From: the human T2T-CHM13v2.0 reference genome, Homo sapiens
Assembly: GCF_009914755.1 (NCBI RefSeq)
Contig: NC_060929.1
Direction: 5' to 3' (one strand)
DNA: 64,000 nt
The notes beneath the pieces are model-generated. The model searched no databases and had not been told where the DNA came from. It saw only the letters and a program-made list of their open reading frames with translations. Position numbers and translations under genes: made by a program. Below are positions 1 through 13,690 of the stretch, one piece after another (position 1 is the first letter of the stretch; each line of letters opens with the position of its first letter).

Positions 1-1892
1 TTGAAATGCTTTCTGCAATTCAGTGAAATATTTTTATTCAGATCGTAGCGACATTAGCAGTTTGAACCAGATTAGAAATACAAGTGACGCCTGTGAGGGA
101 AGATGCCTCAGAAGTTCTAAGATTCGAGATTGTGTACATTGATTTTTAGCAAAACATTTTTACTACTTTTGTCTTTGAAAAACTTAATAGGTGAAAATCC
201 TGCACATTACATATAATCATTGATGTTATAGCACTACTATACATGATACTGCAGTGGTTTACAAAACTATCCCTGCAGAAAGGACTTGAGAGATAAAGCT
301 ATTTATTTTTAGTTCTTCAATAAACATTTTAAAGCAGGAGTCTTGAAAATATTAACATATTTTCTGGCTCTGATTTGCCAAGATACAGTATCATATCAAG
401 ATTTCATTTTATTATTTAGAATTACATTTCTAAATTAATTAATTGAATACTTTGCTGGAATAGATAAGTGACCTTTATGTCCTTTGGTTTTTGTAAAAAA
501 AAAAATTACATTTCTACTTGAAAATAACATATATAAAACACACATTTTTAAATACAAAATCACCACTCCTAAGCAGTAGGATTAAGGTAAGACCAATAAT
601 ATAACTTCACATAGTTCTTTCTGAATTTAGCCTTCCATTGAAATGCATATGTACCATAAATCTCTGTGATCAGTTGCTGTATTTATTATATCAGCATAGT
701 ATTCTAAAACTTTCCATTTCTCTTGAAGAAATTGGCCTCCAGCCTTTCTGGTTTCCATTTACTTATTCATTTTCATACAACAGAGACAATCTGGTGGTTC
801 CATCTATTGGGCCTTAGTTTCTCCATGAAGAAACAGAATACCCCTCCCCTGAAAAAGTTCTGTTAGATACTTCTCTGAGGGAACACTGCTACAGGTGATA
901 AATATGAACTGTACCCTTGTTTTGAGGTTAATGTTTTTCAAATGCATTGTTAGGTTATTTTCAAAATGTTGTCACTAAATTAACATCTTTAATTTGGAGC
1001 TGATACAAAATCAAACTAAATAATGCAGAATTTTCAAAAACCATTTTAGATTTTGCCAGTTTTTTACAGAATTGAGTAAAATTTCTTGTGTTAACCTATG
1101 AAAGGCTAACAAAAGTTAGCTACTGTAAATAACTTCATCACTATGAGCACTATTAAACATTCAAAACAAGTTCATGTTGTCTTATGGGTATGGTAATATC
1201 TGAAGTAAAGTGAAATATACCATGTGAAAATGAAAATGTTAAAAAAACCCAAACCACGAAAAATCTAAATACATCAACATATCAACAACTATGATTAAAC
1301 AAATAAATCAAAATTTTAATATGTGTTTTCTATCCAGGCTCTAAATTTTAATATAATAGTTTTAGTTTTCTTTGCATTCTTGTAAATCACACTCATTTTC
1401 AGTAATGCTGTTTTTTTGGTCTATTTCCGTAATATAATGTTCACGCTTTGGAGTTACCCTGAAATAAATACTCTTCAATTCTTTTAGAAATAAATATTCA
1501 AAGGCAAGTAAACGCATATGAACTCTCACACACACACAACTTATAGGTAGTAAAAGGAGTCAGAAATTCTGTCAGATGTCACAGGTTTGTTAATGGAAGA
1601 AGATGTGGGAGTTATTGTATCTTGGCATCTAGATGGCATTCCTTTGACTATTCTTCGGTTTATTTGCACCATCATTTCACCTATTTTCTGTTCATGCAAC
1701 ATAGGGCATCTTAAATATTATTTCTATACTATTTCTTTAACATATCTAATCTTAAGGAACAGTTTAATAGTTGTATTATAAATGTCAACATCTTTAAAAA
1801 TTTCAACTATTATGTATTCTGATAGACGCATTCTCATTATTGCACACATCAAAATGAATTTAGGAAGTTTAATTTCTTTAAGATTTAGTGTT

Positions 1893-1916
1893 TGTGTGTG
1901 TGTGTGTGTGTGTGTG
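1893..1916. repeat. (TG)12 microsatellite
   Basis: Perfect TG dinucleotide run read directly. Confidence 0.95.
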
Positions 1917-4902
1917 CATACATATGTATAAATACACACAGAGACGTTCCTGTGAAATATAGTATCGAATGGGTGAGATCCGTTTAGAAATCTCATGCAT
2001 AGATTATTGGTCAGATTGCAGAGATATCTGAAGCAGAAAAGACGTTAGCTCAGCATAATGAATATGTCTGCCAGCCATTTTTATAATGACTTGCTGCAGT
2101 TTTTATTGTCTGACAAACCGTATGCTGTGTTGTACTGTGAGCTTTCTTGTTCGACATAATCAAAAATGATGCAATGTATCCCTCGAAGTCTAGCTGGATG
2201 AAAGGAAGGCAGCAGAGTGCTGCTTCTGCCAATAGTTTGGTTGCATATTCTGTTGAAATTGTTCTGCAGGTGATAAATGCACAATTACCATCATTTATAA
2301 TGCATTGTTTACAATCTATTGCAGAGATATTATTCAGATTATAGAGTTTTAAAATCTATTCATACATCCAAAACTTCTTCCTACACATGAATGAAACCAG
2401 CAGGTGTATTTAAACCTCTCGAGATAAAAATATTTACTTATACTTAGAAAGCTATGAAATAATTTACTCTTGGTTTGTTAATTTATTACTATATTTTATA
2501 TGACATTTAAAAAAACATTTGCTTCTCAGGGAAAAAATATTTCAAAAGATAAAAAATCCTAGCTAATTAACAGTTAAATGCATCAATATTTCATTAAAGG
2601 TTTAGAATTAATATGAGTGATCATTTTCAATCTAGCACTTTCATATGTATGAAAAGATCCATGCTTAGTTTTAATAAGAATGTATTAATATAAGGTCTAT
2701 AAAGTGCACTGGGCAGGAGTGTTGTACAATAGAACTGCATGGTATGTATATTCACTTTGGTGATAAATGCTTCATTCCTTCTTTAGAGGATTATTAAAAG
2801 CATTCTCTGGAGGAGTAAAATGGTGGAAGTCACACATTTAATAGCTCAGGTACAAAGAGTCAGATTGTGCCAGTTGGCAAAAGTTAGCAGGAAGCTGTCA
2901 CAATAAATGGCAGCAGCTGCTCATAGTTCTAAAGAGTATGTCCCAGTCAGAACTGAAAACTGATGGCATCTACATTAATACTACCTTAATGGCCCATCTG
3001 CTGCTCCATAGGGTCCCTAGCTGCTGTATGGAGTCATAGGCATTTGACAGGCAGTCTCTGTATGCCAGACGCACATTGTGCCAAATGTTTTAGGCTGCTT
3101 CATCTCGTTCTGATCTGTCAGATTCTCCCTACTCATTTATCAGGCAAGGAGTTATGAGGATTTTTCTTTTCTACACATCATTGGCTTTAAGCATTGGGGC
3201 AGCTAAGAATTTGGAAGGCAAACTATTTTGGTTATTATTTTTTTTCTAATTGATGTTGCAAGGCAAAGTTGTCTAATATACTGTACTGTAGTGCGTAGGT
3301 TAACAAAGCACTATGACAAGCAAGCCCTGTGGAGAAATCAATTGAGTGAATTTTAAAATGCAGGGCTGCATAAATATGTTTCTGTGATTATATTGGAGGA
3401 AAATATTATATATTTCTAAGAACCTTATTAACTGGGCACATGTAAAGAAAGCTTACCTTTAGGTTACTAAGATAAAAAATGTTAATATCTTACTGGAATA
3501 CCGTTAAAATACTTTGATAGGAAATGAAAACAACATTCAAGAGCATTTCTTAAAACTTCTATTTCTAAAGTTGAAAAACCTTCATAGTCAAGTCAAACAC
3601 AAATATGAACAAGTTTCTATCTTGGAGCAGTTGATTAAATTGTACATAAATAATGTTCAATGTTAATAGTGAAGTATTATTCATATTTAATGTTCTGAAT
3701 GGTCATTGCAGTGCAATTCATATGTCATTAAGTAAGGAACTAATGGAAAATATATTATCAAATTTGTAATTCTTATTTCAAAAATGTGAAAAATTTCTTT
3801 ATGATAAAGATCTCTTGACAATGGGGTAAATCATAACTCTTGAATTAAACAGTTATGCCATTTCTCATTTTAGGGACCAGCCACAAAATGGCTGCCAATT
3901 ATATACATTTTAGAAAACTTAGTTATCTTCTGCTGAAGAGAGCTAACAGATAACCCTTGCTCCCACTAGAATCTCCCTAGCCTTCTTGATACTCTAGATG
4001 TTTCTAAAACATAATTGCTCCATATTTGTAAGTGTCCTTCTGTCAATATGACCTATATAGTTTTTTTAATGGTTTCTGTCTCTTTGTTTAGAATATCCAG
4101 ATGTTGGAGGTTTAATCTGATTGTTTTAAGACCTTATGATAGACGAATAAAAATGATACACACAAAAAACCCTATCAATAGGTATAGATAAACCAGACAT
4201 GTCAAATGTTATAGTGTTCAAACAAGAAAGTGTGGGTGAAACTGTTACTTTTTTCCAAGTTCCTGCAGGTTTCCCAATCACAATCAGTAGCAATAGCAAC
4301 AATAATATTAATACTCATTTTAAAAGACACTGTTAAATTATTGCTTTTTTTAGAAACTCAATCAACAATCAATTTGTCTTGAAGAATAGATCATATGGAA
4401 GCAACAGGGTTTAATGCAAGCATGTGGGTATGCAAGTGCATGTGCACACACATGCGTTGTGAAGGCATGGGAAATATTTTTGGTGGGTTCACATATTTAA
4501 TTAGTGTTAAAATTTTCTTAATTTATGTGAGTCTATGCTATTTCAATATAGGTATTTTTAAGATACAAAACAATCAATATAGCAGTGTAATATAATTTTT
4601 AGAGATGTTTAAGATTTCTTAAATTATTTCTGTATTCAAATAGACCCAACATTATGGTGATTGTTACCCAGTCTTCAGTAGAGTTACAATCTTAATTAAG
4701 TATTGAAACCAATTTGTAATTCGTGCTATTGTATTCTTGTGACAGTACATCCTGGGCATCTCGTCTGGCAGGTACAAAGCACTGAAGTTTTTGGTGAGAA
4801 GGGTCAGGCACAGCCCTGTTCTTTCCTAAGATGCTCTTGCATCACTAATTTTCATTGGCATTTGGGAATTATCTTCTAGGATAAAAAAGTACCAGTTATT
4901 CA

Positions 4903-4941
4903 GAAGAGATTGGGCGTGTTCAGGGTGGTATGGCCATAGAC
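4903..4941 (-). pseudogene. Tailless 5S rRNA retropseudogene (5' ~39 nt of 5S rRNA)
   Basis: Reverse complement GTCTATGGCCATACCACCCTGAACACGCCCAATCTCTTC versus human 5S GTCTACGGCCATACCACCCTGAACGCGCCCGATCTCGTC: 4 differences, all at CpG sites. Flanked by a 16-bp direct repeat aagtacca(g/a)ttattca at 4887-4902 and 4942-4957. No poly(A). Confidence 0.9.
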
Positions 4942-4949
4942 AAGTACCA

Positions 4950-5150
4950 ATTATTCAATACTTAGAATGTGCCAGAGATGGTATTAGAAGCATTGTATAT
5001 TGTTTTTGGTCTTCGCGACAACTCTGTGATGAAAGTATTACTCTGCTATACAGATACCGAAAAGGAGACTGGAATCGTACCTAATTTACCCAGGATCACA
5101 AATGAGATTGAGTTGGATTTGAACCATGGCTGTGAGAAGCCAAAGTTATA
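4950..5150 (-). mobile_element. MIR SINE fragment
   Basis: Degenerate antisense MIR pattern (aatgtgccag...acaactctgtga...tacagat...ttacccaggatcaca...ggatttgaacc). Confidence 0.65.
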
Positions 5151-7249
5151 CTGCTTGGTTGTTTACAATTGTGATCTTTAAAAAGATAAAGTATCACACA
5201 TTCTAGGTATACATTAAAGAAAACAGCACTGGAAGAAGCAGTGTGGGCCTTGAGAAAAGGCACGCCACAAAAGGAGTCTGGCAGACAAAGCGAGTCCAGG
5301 GTCAAGGCCTATACATCAGAGGGGAGTGTTTGTTCTCACCACAGCATGTTGGTGACAGCAGAGCTCATGGTGACACAGACATCTCTTTGACATTTGTAGG
5401 TTCTTGGGAAATGGCTTTGACTGTGTATTATAAGGGCTGCAAATCTTTGGGACCTAGGCAACTTTGCTGTGGGACAGCCCTTGATGAAATGTAATAGAAA
5501 AAGAGAGTGCTGCTTTTCACCATGAGGTAGGTGGCACTAAGGATAAATTTTCATTGCAAACAACATCTAATTGGCTTCAGCAATTGCCTGTGAACTACCA
5601 CAGAAGTGTCTGGCCCAGAGAAATACCCCTCAGTTCTAGCTTCTCATACTGAAGACAATGGTGTACAATGATCAGGCTAATTTGTGAAGTCAGGTAAACA
5701 TAAGGAAACTTAGAAAATTGGAGAGGAAAACACAGAAAAGATAAGCTCCCTTACAAGTCAAATAAATGTGACTATTACAGAAATTTGGGGTATTAATGAA
5801 AATTGCCTTCATTGTACAAAAAGGATGTTAAGCATGGGGCAGTAGGATTTGTACTTTTGGCCTTTGTTGTCAGAGTTAATTCTTATGCAAATACTTTAGA
5901 GTGGTTTTACTAGGCTAGAGATATGGAAGATGAAAATTTTGTTTTCATACAGCAATGACTAATATGTAGAAGAAATTCAAAGTAGTGGCCAATCTTTAAC
6001 TTACTATTACTTGAAGTAGAAGTGTTTTCTTTTTTTTTTCTTCCAGAATTGTATTTAAGGCTTTGAATGCATGCATTATTTTCCCAGAAAAATAAAAGAG
6101 CAAAGAAACAAAAAATAGCAGAGAAATTTAAGACAGAACAAGACCAACAAAAGATCATTCCCTCAAAAGTTACAGCGATATTTTAATATGAACCCCTGTA
6201 AGGGTTTTAATGCAGCATTTCTTAAGTAAGAGTTTTTCTAGCTTTTCTAGTAATTAAAAGTAAGAAATCAAAAGGAAAAGCTAGAAAAATAGAAATGTGC
6301 TTACAGCTCTTTGTGGTGTCCATGAGCTCATATTACTTATGTGATACAATGAATTCTAATACAGAATAATAATGAAGATAATAGAAAAATAATGGCTCAC
6401 TACTCCCAGCTGGAGATGTTGACAAGATCCCATTCGGATAGGATTTTGCTGAGTTAAATAATTTTCTGGAGAGCAAGAAATTTTTCTTAGAACACAGTCC
6501 TGAGAATGAAAGAAGAAATGTGAAGAAGACAAGTAATAGAGTTGGACTTAACAGGAAAAATATCTTGAAAGAAAATGCCTTCAGATTGATCTTTGAAGGA
6601 AACAATGCCACAGATAGAACTGTAAGGGAAGCTATACCTTTTGTATGTGTCCTTCCAGTACTTCTACTAGGGTCTTGCCTGCCATTTGCTCCTATAAATC
6701 ATTTCCTCATTCTGACTCAGGCAATCTAGAGCCCTAACATGGCACAGCATATCTGTAAATGTGGCTAAATCATGTCAGTCTCTATTGGTTGGCTTGGTTG
6801 TATGTGTTTGTGTGTGTGTGTCTTTATATTTGCAGTAATCGGTCATAAAAGTTTAGTCAGATAAACTCATTCTTATTGTGCAACTAGCCAATATATTATC
6901 TCTTCTAGGTAGTTTACTGCTATAATACCTAAAACCAATTGAACTTTTATAAATATTAATCAATAAATATATAATTGAGATAGGAATTTCTTGGGGGGAG
7001 GGAGACTCTTAGTGGCAAATTAATATTAGCCTCTTTTACAGCCATTTTAGAAATACATTCTTGTTAACTAAACCCTTTTCAGGGTCCTTGTCTTTCAAAG
7101 GATCCTGGGACTCCTCAGTTGCAATGGGTGCATCTATATTTGCTTAAAACATTAAAAGTGACCCCATTCTTCATACCAAGTGATTGAATTGGAGATAGGA
7201 GCTTGAAACATTCTATTCTGTGAAGGGTTTGGTTAATATACCAAGCATG

Positions 7250-7424
7250 GTTTGGCAGAAAATTGGTAAGAACTTGTATCGTTGATGTCACTGAACTAAT
7301 TAAAAAAACCCTGAAAACAATCAATTCCAGAATTCTTGTTATGTGAAATAATAAACCACTTACTGTTTAGCTATTTCGTATCGTAGTACTCAGCTGCTAA
7401 CAACTGAAGTTATTCTAACTGATA
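7250..7424 (+). mobile_element. Old MLT1 (J/K-like) LTR 3' remnant
   Basis: Ends with ttatgtgaaataataaacc...tgtttagcta...ctaactgatata, resembling MLT1 3' termini. Highly diverged. Confidence 0.35.
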
Positions 7425-7539
7425 TAGTCCTTTTACACAAAACTTAAGACAAAAAAACATAGTAGAGTAAATTGTATCCAGGTGTAGAGTATCCAGGTGT
7501 AGGCAGAGAAGTATTTACATAAGAGTTGAAGCTAAGGAA

Positions 7540-8460
7540 GGCAGGTTAGAATTAGACTACAAGAGTCCTAATTCCAATTTTAGACATTTGACTTGTATTG
7601 TATAGACAGAAGGGACAGGTATTGAGGATTTGGAGCAAGAAGTCTGAAATGATGAAATCAGTGTCTTGCCAACATTGATCTTGATTTTGTGGCAATATAT
7701 ACAATTTGTTGGTGGGGGGGAAGCAGTCTAAAAATAGGGACACGAACTGGGAGAACAAGTGTGAAGCAATGAAGATTAGAATGACAATTGCAATGAAAAG
7801 GAAAGGATTAGGCAAAAGAAGTTGAAAATCAATTGATAGACTTAATGACTGGTTAAATACAGGGAATGAAAAGAAGAGGATGAGATAATGATTGCTCTGA
7901 GGTTTTGAGTCTTGAGTTCAGTGGACTGAAGGCTTGTGTCACTCCTTAATTCATAGGTTGAAATCCTAATCCCCAATGTGATGGCATTAGAAGGTGGGAC
8001 CTTTGGGAGGTAATTAGGTCATGAGGGTGGATCTCTCATGAATGTTATTGGTGGTGCCTTCATAAGAGGGTACCCCAGAGAGCTCTCTTATTCTCTTTAT
8101 ACAATATGATAAAATGAGAAATCTTCAGTTTGCAACCTGGAAGAGGGCCTTCACAAGAAACTCACCATGTTGATACCCTCAACTTGGGCTTTCAACTTCT
8201 AGAACTGTGAGAAATAAACTTCTGTTGTTTATAAACCACCCAGTCCATGGTACCTTACTACAGAAGCCCAAACTGATTAATATACTGAGTAAATGAAAGA
8301 ATAGACCCATTAATTGAAAACAGGACAATCAGGAAGAGAGGTTAATTTTGAGAGGTGAAAACCAAATTGAGTTTGAGAAGGTGAGTAGAGAATTCAACAG
8401 AAAAATATCTTTTATGCTGCTGGAAATTCAGGACCGTTCTTTAAGATGAGAATTTCAGAC
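7540..8460 (-). mobile_element. L2 LINE fragments (interrupted by MLT1A0)
   Basis: Purine-rich L2-like text on both sides of the LTR (gaggttttgagtcttgag | ctgagtaaatgaaagaatagacccattaattga). Confidence 0.45.
7917..8284 (+). mobile_element. MLT1A0/MLT1A-type MaLR solo LTR
   Basis: tggactgaa...gaaatcctaatccccaatgtgatgg...ctttgggaggtaattaggtcatgagggtgg...agaactgtgagaaataaacttctgttgtttataaaccacccagt. Near-5-bp TSD ttgag/ctgag. Confidence 0.85.
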
Positions 8461-8767
8461 TGATTTGAATTATATTTGTGAATATAAAAACAACTTTTTA
8501 ATTCATAAACCATACCTTTTTTTTCTACATGTAGTATAAGTCTCAGAAGAAACTCACATTTGTTTAGCACTAATAGACATTTAAAACTCCTATGTCTTAA
8601 ATTTTAGTTTCAATTTATTATATAGTAGGTAATTTGTTGTTAAGTAGGTGATAATAGAGATTGAACTCTTAAAGTAGAGACTGATTATTATGTCATTACA
8701 ATGTGACTTAAAAAAATTCCTAGGGACTGTAGGAAAGGAAAAAAAATACTGGAGACAAAGGTTTCAG

Positions 8768-8769
<2 letters not shown>

Positions 8770-8805
<36 letters not shown>
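8770..8805. repeat. (GT)18 microsatellite
   Basis: Perfect GT run. Confidence 0.95.
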
Positions 8806-8808
<3 letters not shown>

Positions 8809-9344
8809 ATCATTGTGCCCAGTTACATAAGAAGAAAAAATAAACCCAAACACTCAGTTTTATTAACTTTGCTAAATTGAAAAAATGTTCTCTTGACAAG
8901 AAAGAATACAACAAACTTCTTTGTCCTCTTTTTTTCTCTGGTTGGAAATACCAATTATCATAATGGAGGAAAATGAGAAAACATTTTTCTGTGAGAGGAA
9001 GCCTTAGCAGATATAAAAACAACTTTTTAAATATTTGTTTTTTGAATCTGAGAAGGCAGCCACCAAGAAAGAAAAGCACTGATAGACCTGGAAAACGACA
9101 TACTAAAATTTCTGAAGGGAATATTTATTTTTTTAAGGAATCCAAGGAAAACCATAAGAGTAACATCAATATGATATTGATATGAATATTTGTATAACAC
9201 AGAACAGATCCTTGAGGAGAAATTGGTCAGCCTGTGACTTGGTTAAATTGATAGCACATTGTAAAACTCAATAAATATTTCCAATTCAGTGGCACAGACT
9301 ACATTTTGCTGTGGTGGAGAAAGTATTAGGGAATACTTTCAACA

Positions 9345-9470
9345 TGTGACTGGTAGAACTAGACCATCACCGCCTAGCTGAGGACCTTAAACAAAGTTTC
9401 TCTCTATCATGCCATTTCTCCATCTGCTGAATGGGAATAGCACATTCTCTAATTTACAGAATTGTAAGCA
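9345..9470 (+). mobile_element. MIR fragment
   Basis: ctagctgaggacctt...catttctccatctg..aatgggaatag core-like text. Confidence 0.45.
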
Positions 9471-9563
9471 ATATTTTCAAAGGTGCGTATGTTTTGAAAA
9501 ACATAACATTTTATGCATACATAGGGAATAAAAATAATATTGTTTGAGTAAAAGAAATTTTGC

Positions 9564-9874
<311 letters not shown>

Positions 9875-10019
9875 AAAAGGAATTTTGCCTATTTCCAATG
9901 TAAGAATGAATGCAGCCAGTTGACATATCACACAACCAAAGGGAAAGGAGGCCTGTCATTTAGGAAGTGATGCAAACAGAAAAGGATTCTATCTTGGATT
10001 ATAGTTTTAAATATTTGCC

Positions 10020-11270
10020 CTGTCCATTTGCCCATTGCCTTTTTTTTTTTTTCTCTTTCAGGGACATAGGTGATAAAAGTATTACTTCTACTTTATGGGT
10101 CCTCCATTTCCACTGCTTGCTTTCTAAGCCTCTTTATTTCTTTCATGACTCATTTTCTTGGTTGCTTTCCTACCTGTCATCAGTGACCCTTGTTAAATAT
10201 TTATTTGAGGCTACTCTTTGAGAACTTTGCAATCTATTTTTTATTTTTGAGGTAATGTTTTCATTTTTTCATTTCTTTCCTGAGTTCAATCAACTTTATC
10301 ATCTCTATGCCTATTTCTAATTTTTATTTATGAATTTCTCATTCAAGATGCTTTTGCATATCCTCAAATGCTTGAGTATATTTAATCATATTTGTCATGT
10401 TGATTTTCAGTTTTCTTTGAATTCAAGGTTATTTTGTAGAAGGAAGTGGTTTACTCAGTTGGTTTTTTTGTGACATTTTGTTCCCTGATTTTTTGCAATA
10501 GCTTAATATGGACTTACATTTCCTATTGTTTACTTTTATACTGAGGTATTTCATGAAATTCCTAGCTTAATGTCACAATTTCACCCTATCTGTTAGTATA
10601 GCAACTCCAGGTTCTCTGTCCTGTTCCTTTATTTGTTTTGGTGTGGTAGGATGGGGGTTGTGAGTCTTCTGAATTTATGGTTCTCTTTGGCCAGGATCCT
10701 GTATTTCTCCTGTCTTATTTTTTGTTCTTTTCCTCTTCGCCACACAATTGTCAGAGTGCTTTTCCCATTTTTGTTTTTGTTCTATTGTCTTTCTCAGAAG
10801 CTATGCATTTTGAAAAGTGTCCTTTTTAAATTGAACCTGTCCTTCCACATATACTTTGAAATTTCTTCCCTGTAGTCCATGCTCTGATCTGCTTGAACAT
10901 TGTTTTAATATTTTTAGATTGAGGATGGACTTAATCTTTTGGTATTTGTTTTGATCACTCTTAGGCACTTTCACCCAGTTTTCTTCTTTTTTCTTCTCTG
11001 AAGTTATTCTTGATCTGGCTTTGCTTCCTCAAAGCCTTACAGCAAGGCAATAGGGCAGGGAGGGAAAGGAAGCACAAGAGTCAGCCTATAAAAATTTGGT
11101 AACTTTTCTCTTTCTACATACACTTGTTTTGATGCTTCAGTATTGTCTATTTTTGATTAATGTTGAAGGCATAGATTTATGTAGAGTTTACATTTTTGTT
11201 CTTGTTCCTATTGTTTGGGGTAATATTGGAAGGTAGGAAGCTATGCAGATGCCACTGTCTGTAGCCACCG
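10020..11270 (-). mobile_element. Ancient L1/HAL1-like fragment
   Basis: Strongly T-rich strand bias and L1 5'/ORF1-antisense-like phrases. Boundaries approximate. Confidence 0.4.
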
Positions 11271-11289
11271 GGAAGTATGAGATTTTATG

Positions 11290-11485
11290 TATAACTCTTA
11301 TAAACATTTGAGTGAAAGTCTTTTTGTGTATGTATATTTTTATTTCTTCTGGATAAATATATAGGGGTGGAGTTCCTGGGTCATATGATATACATTTAAC
11401 TTTTTAAGAAATTGCCAAACAGTTCTCAAAAGTAGTTGTACCATTTGAATCTCCCACTTGCAATGTAGAGAGTTCCAGCTGATGC
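11290..11485 (-). mobile_element. L1M ORF2 3' fragment (antisense)
   Basis: ggataaatatataggggtggagttcctgggtcatatg...ttaactttttaagaaattgccaaacag...gtagttgtaccattt, a classic antisense L1M segment. Confidence 0.75.
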
Positions 11486-11509
11486 AGAGATTAAGAGCAG
11501 ACTGAAAAC

Positions 11510-12800
11510 ACTCTATGTTTGGTCTTTCATTGTTGCTGCTGTGAAGTCATCTGTCAGTTTTATTGCTTTTCTTTTTATTGGATCTTTCTTTTATCTCTGG
11601 TTACATCTAATATCTTCTTTTCATCTTTGATGTTCTACAATTTCACCAGGATATTTGCAGATGTGATTTATTTTCAGTTATAATGCTTGAGGTCCATTTG
11701 GCTTTTTCAGGCTCAGGTTTAGTGCTCTCCCATAAACCTGGAGAAATATTAGCCATCATCTCTGATCTCTGCTTATTGCTTCATCTCCTTTATTTCATGT
11801 TCTTTTTCTAGTACTAGTAATGTTAGACTAACTTTTATATTTTTCATGTATCAGTTTGTTTGAACACTTCTTTTACATAAATTCTTTGGATCTATGTTTT
11901 GATTACATTGACATTTTAGTTGTATTATACGCTTTAAAAATTCTATATTACTTTTTTCAGTATGATCGAATGCCCTTTATGAACTCTTATTTCTTGCTTG
12001 TATTTTTGAGCTTGTCTTTTTTCATATTAATCATATTTATTTTGTATTTGGTGCTGATCATTTCAATATCTAAAATCTTTAAGGATATGAATCTACTGTT
12101 CGTCCTTAGATCTTATTCATGGTGGCTTTTTTCCCTGTATGTTTTGTAAATTTAAATGTAAGCTGCTTATTTATCTTAAGAAATGTCTTAAAATATAATT
12201 CTTTGAAAATTCTTTTTTGCTTGAGTTCAAATTACAATTCTCCAAGAGTATTCATGCTTGCTTCTGTCAATTTCCTGAAATAAACCCAAACCAGGACCAC
12301 TAAAATTAAATTTTTTCATGATGTTTTCCAGACATATTGGAAGGCTAAATTATGATTACAACAAATTCTTAGGGAAGAATTTGTGTGTGTTCATTTGTTT
12401 CCTCCACTTAGTGCCAAGATTAGGACAAGCAATATTCCTTGCTCTTTCTTTCTTGTGGCAACTTCATTTTTATATCACCTTTAAAATGAGGATATATCCA
12501 CAGAGGTCTTAGCTTTACGTGGGGAATTTCTTGTTACATTTCCCAACTTAGCTGGTTTTAGGATTTATAACCTGTTCCATACTTTGTGCAACTATCAACG
12601 GAAACTCAGAATTCTGGATTTGATAAAAAATTCACGGAAAGATTTAGATCTCTGGGTGATTCCTATCACTTATTTTCTAGTCACTGTGCATTTTTTGGCT
12701 ACATTTTAATTTTCTTCCCCATTTTCTTTTACTTATTTCATTGTATTTCATTTGGTAGTTTCTCCAGAATATTTTTTCTGTCATTCTGATAGGTCTGGAA
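11510..12800 (-). mobile_element. Ancient L1M 5'/ORF1 fragment (antisense)
   Basis: gttgctgctgtgaagtcatctgtcag...tctttgatgttctacaatttcacc...gagaaatattagccatcatc, typical of antisense L1M ORF1. Confidence 0.55.
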
Positions 12801-13690
12801 GTCTGCATGCTGTTTTAAATGACTGTTGAAGCGCTAGTGGGGAATTTAATATGGAACAATGCACTAGGTAAATAAATAAAAGTGAAAAAGGATTAAGTTT
12901 GATCCTTCCCAGAGCCTTGGAGGAAAGAAATTAAATAGTTATGGTTTCAAAATTGGAATAAATGCCATTTAATACAATGTATTGACAATCTATATTATAC
13001 TCACTCGAAGTTCTACTGAATGTAAGAACAAATGTCTCTATCATACTTTTAGCTATTTCTACAAAGAAAAACAAGACACAAATAGATTGATTGCAATTTA
13101 AGTTTAGATCTGTCAATCAAATACTTAACATTTTACAATATCAATATTGTTCAATCAGAGCATAAATGTAGATAGAAAACACAAGCAGAAGAGAGAGATT
13201 GCTAGGTAGATGATTAAAGTAAAACAAAAATAATTTTTAGCAATTTAAAAGAGATTAATTTGTTTAGAAATTATTAGAAAAAAGGCAATAATAATTTTTA
13301 AATGAATAATTAAATCTGTTAAACAGAAAAATTTGATATCTCTTGGTAAAATAATCAGCAAGGACTAAAACTAACTTTGTTTAACTGGAACCATTTTGTA
13401 TATGAAATTTAAACTTTGACAGGCTTAAATTTTAATTGGTTTTTATTTTGTTTTGTGTCAAACTCAACTGGTATGTGCCTGTTTTAAAACTGGATAGAAA
13501 TTTGGGAATACATTGAAGACTGTATGAAATTAACTAAGGTTTTGGACAATACTAACAGCTCTAGTCCATTGGAAATAGAACATTTTTATATAAATCTTTC
13601 CTCTGAAGATCCAGAAGGACTTCTTAATTCTATTTTTCTGTAAATTAAAAGTCAACCTTAAAGCATTTTAGTTTTGTTTTTGTTGTTGCC

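Noticed and set aside
6030-6203. Strong acceptor ttttttttttcttccag with a downstream gtaagg
   Set aside because: Stops in all frames and no supporting exons. Poly-T runs make such sites common.
6442-6621. 180-nt open frame between AG and GTAAGG
   Set aside because: No pyrimidine tract at the acceptor, and the peptide is unrecognisable.
7474-7502. Short tandem duplications (also near 24630, 25663 and 37440)
   Set aside because: Ordinary 11-15 bp slippage duplications with no further structure.
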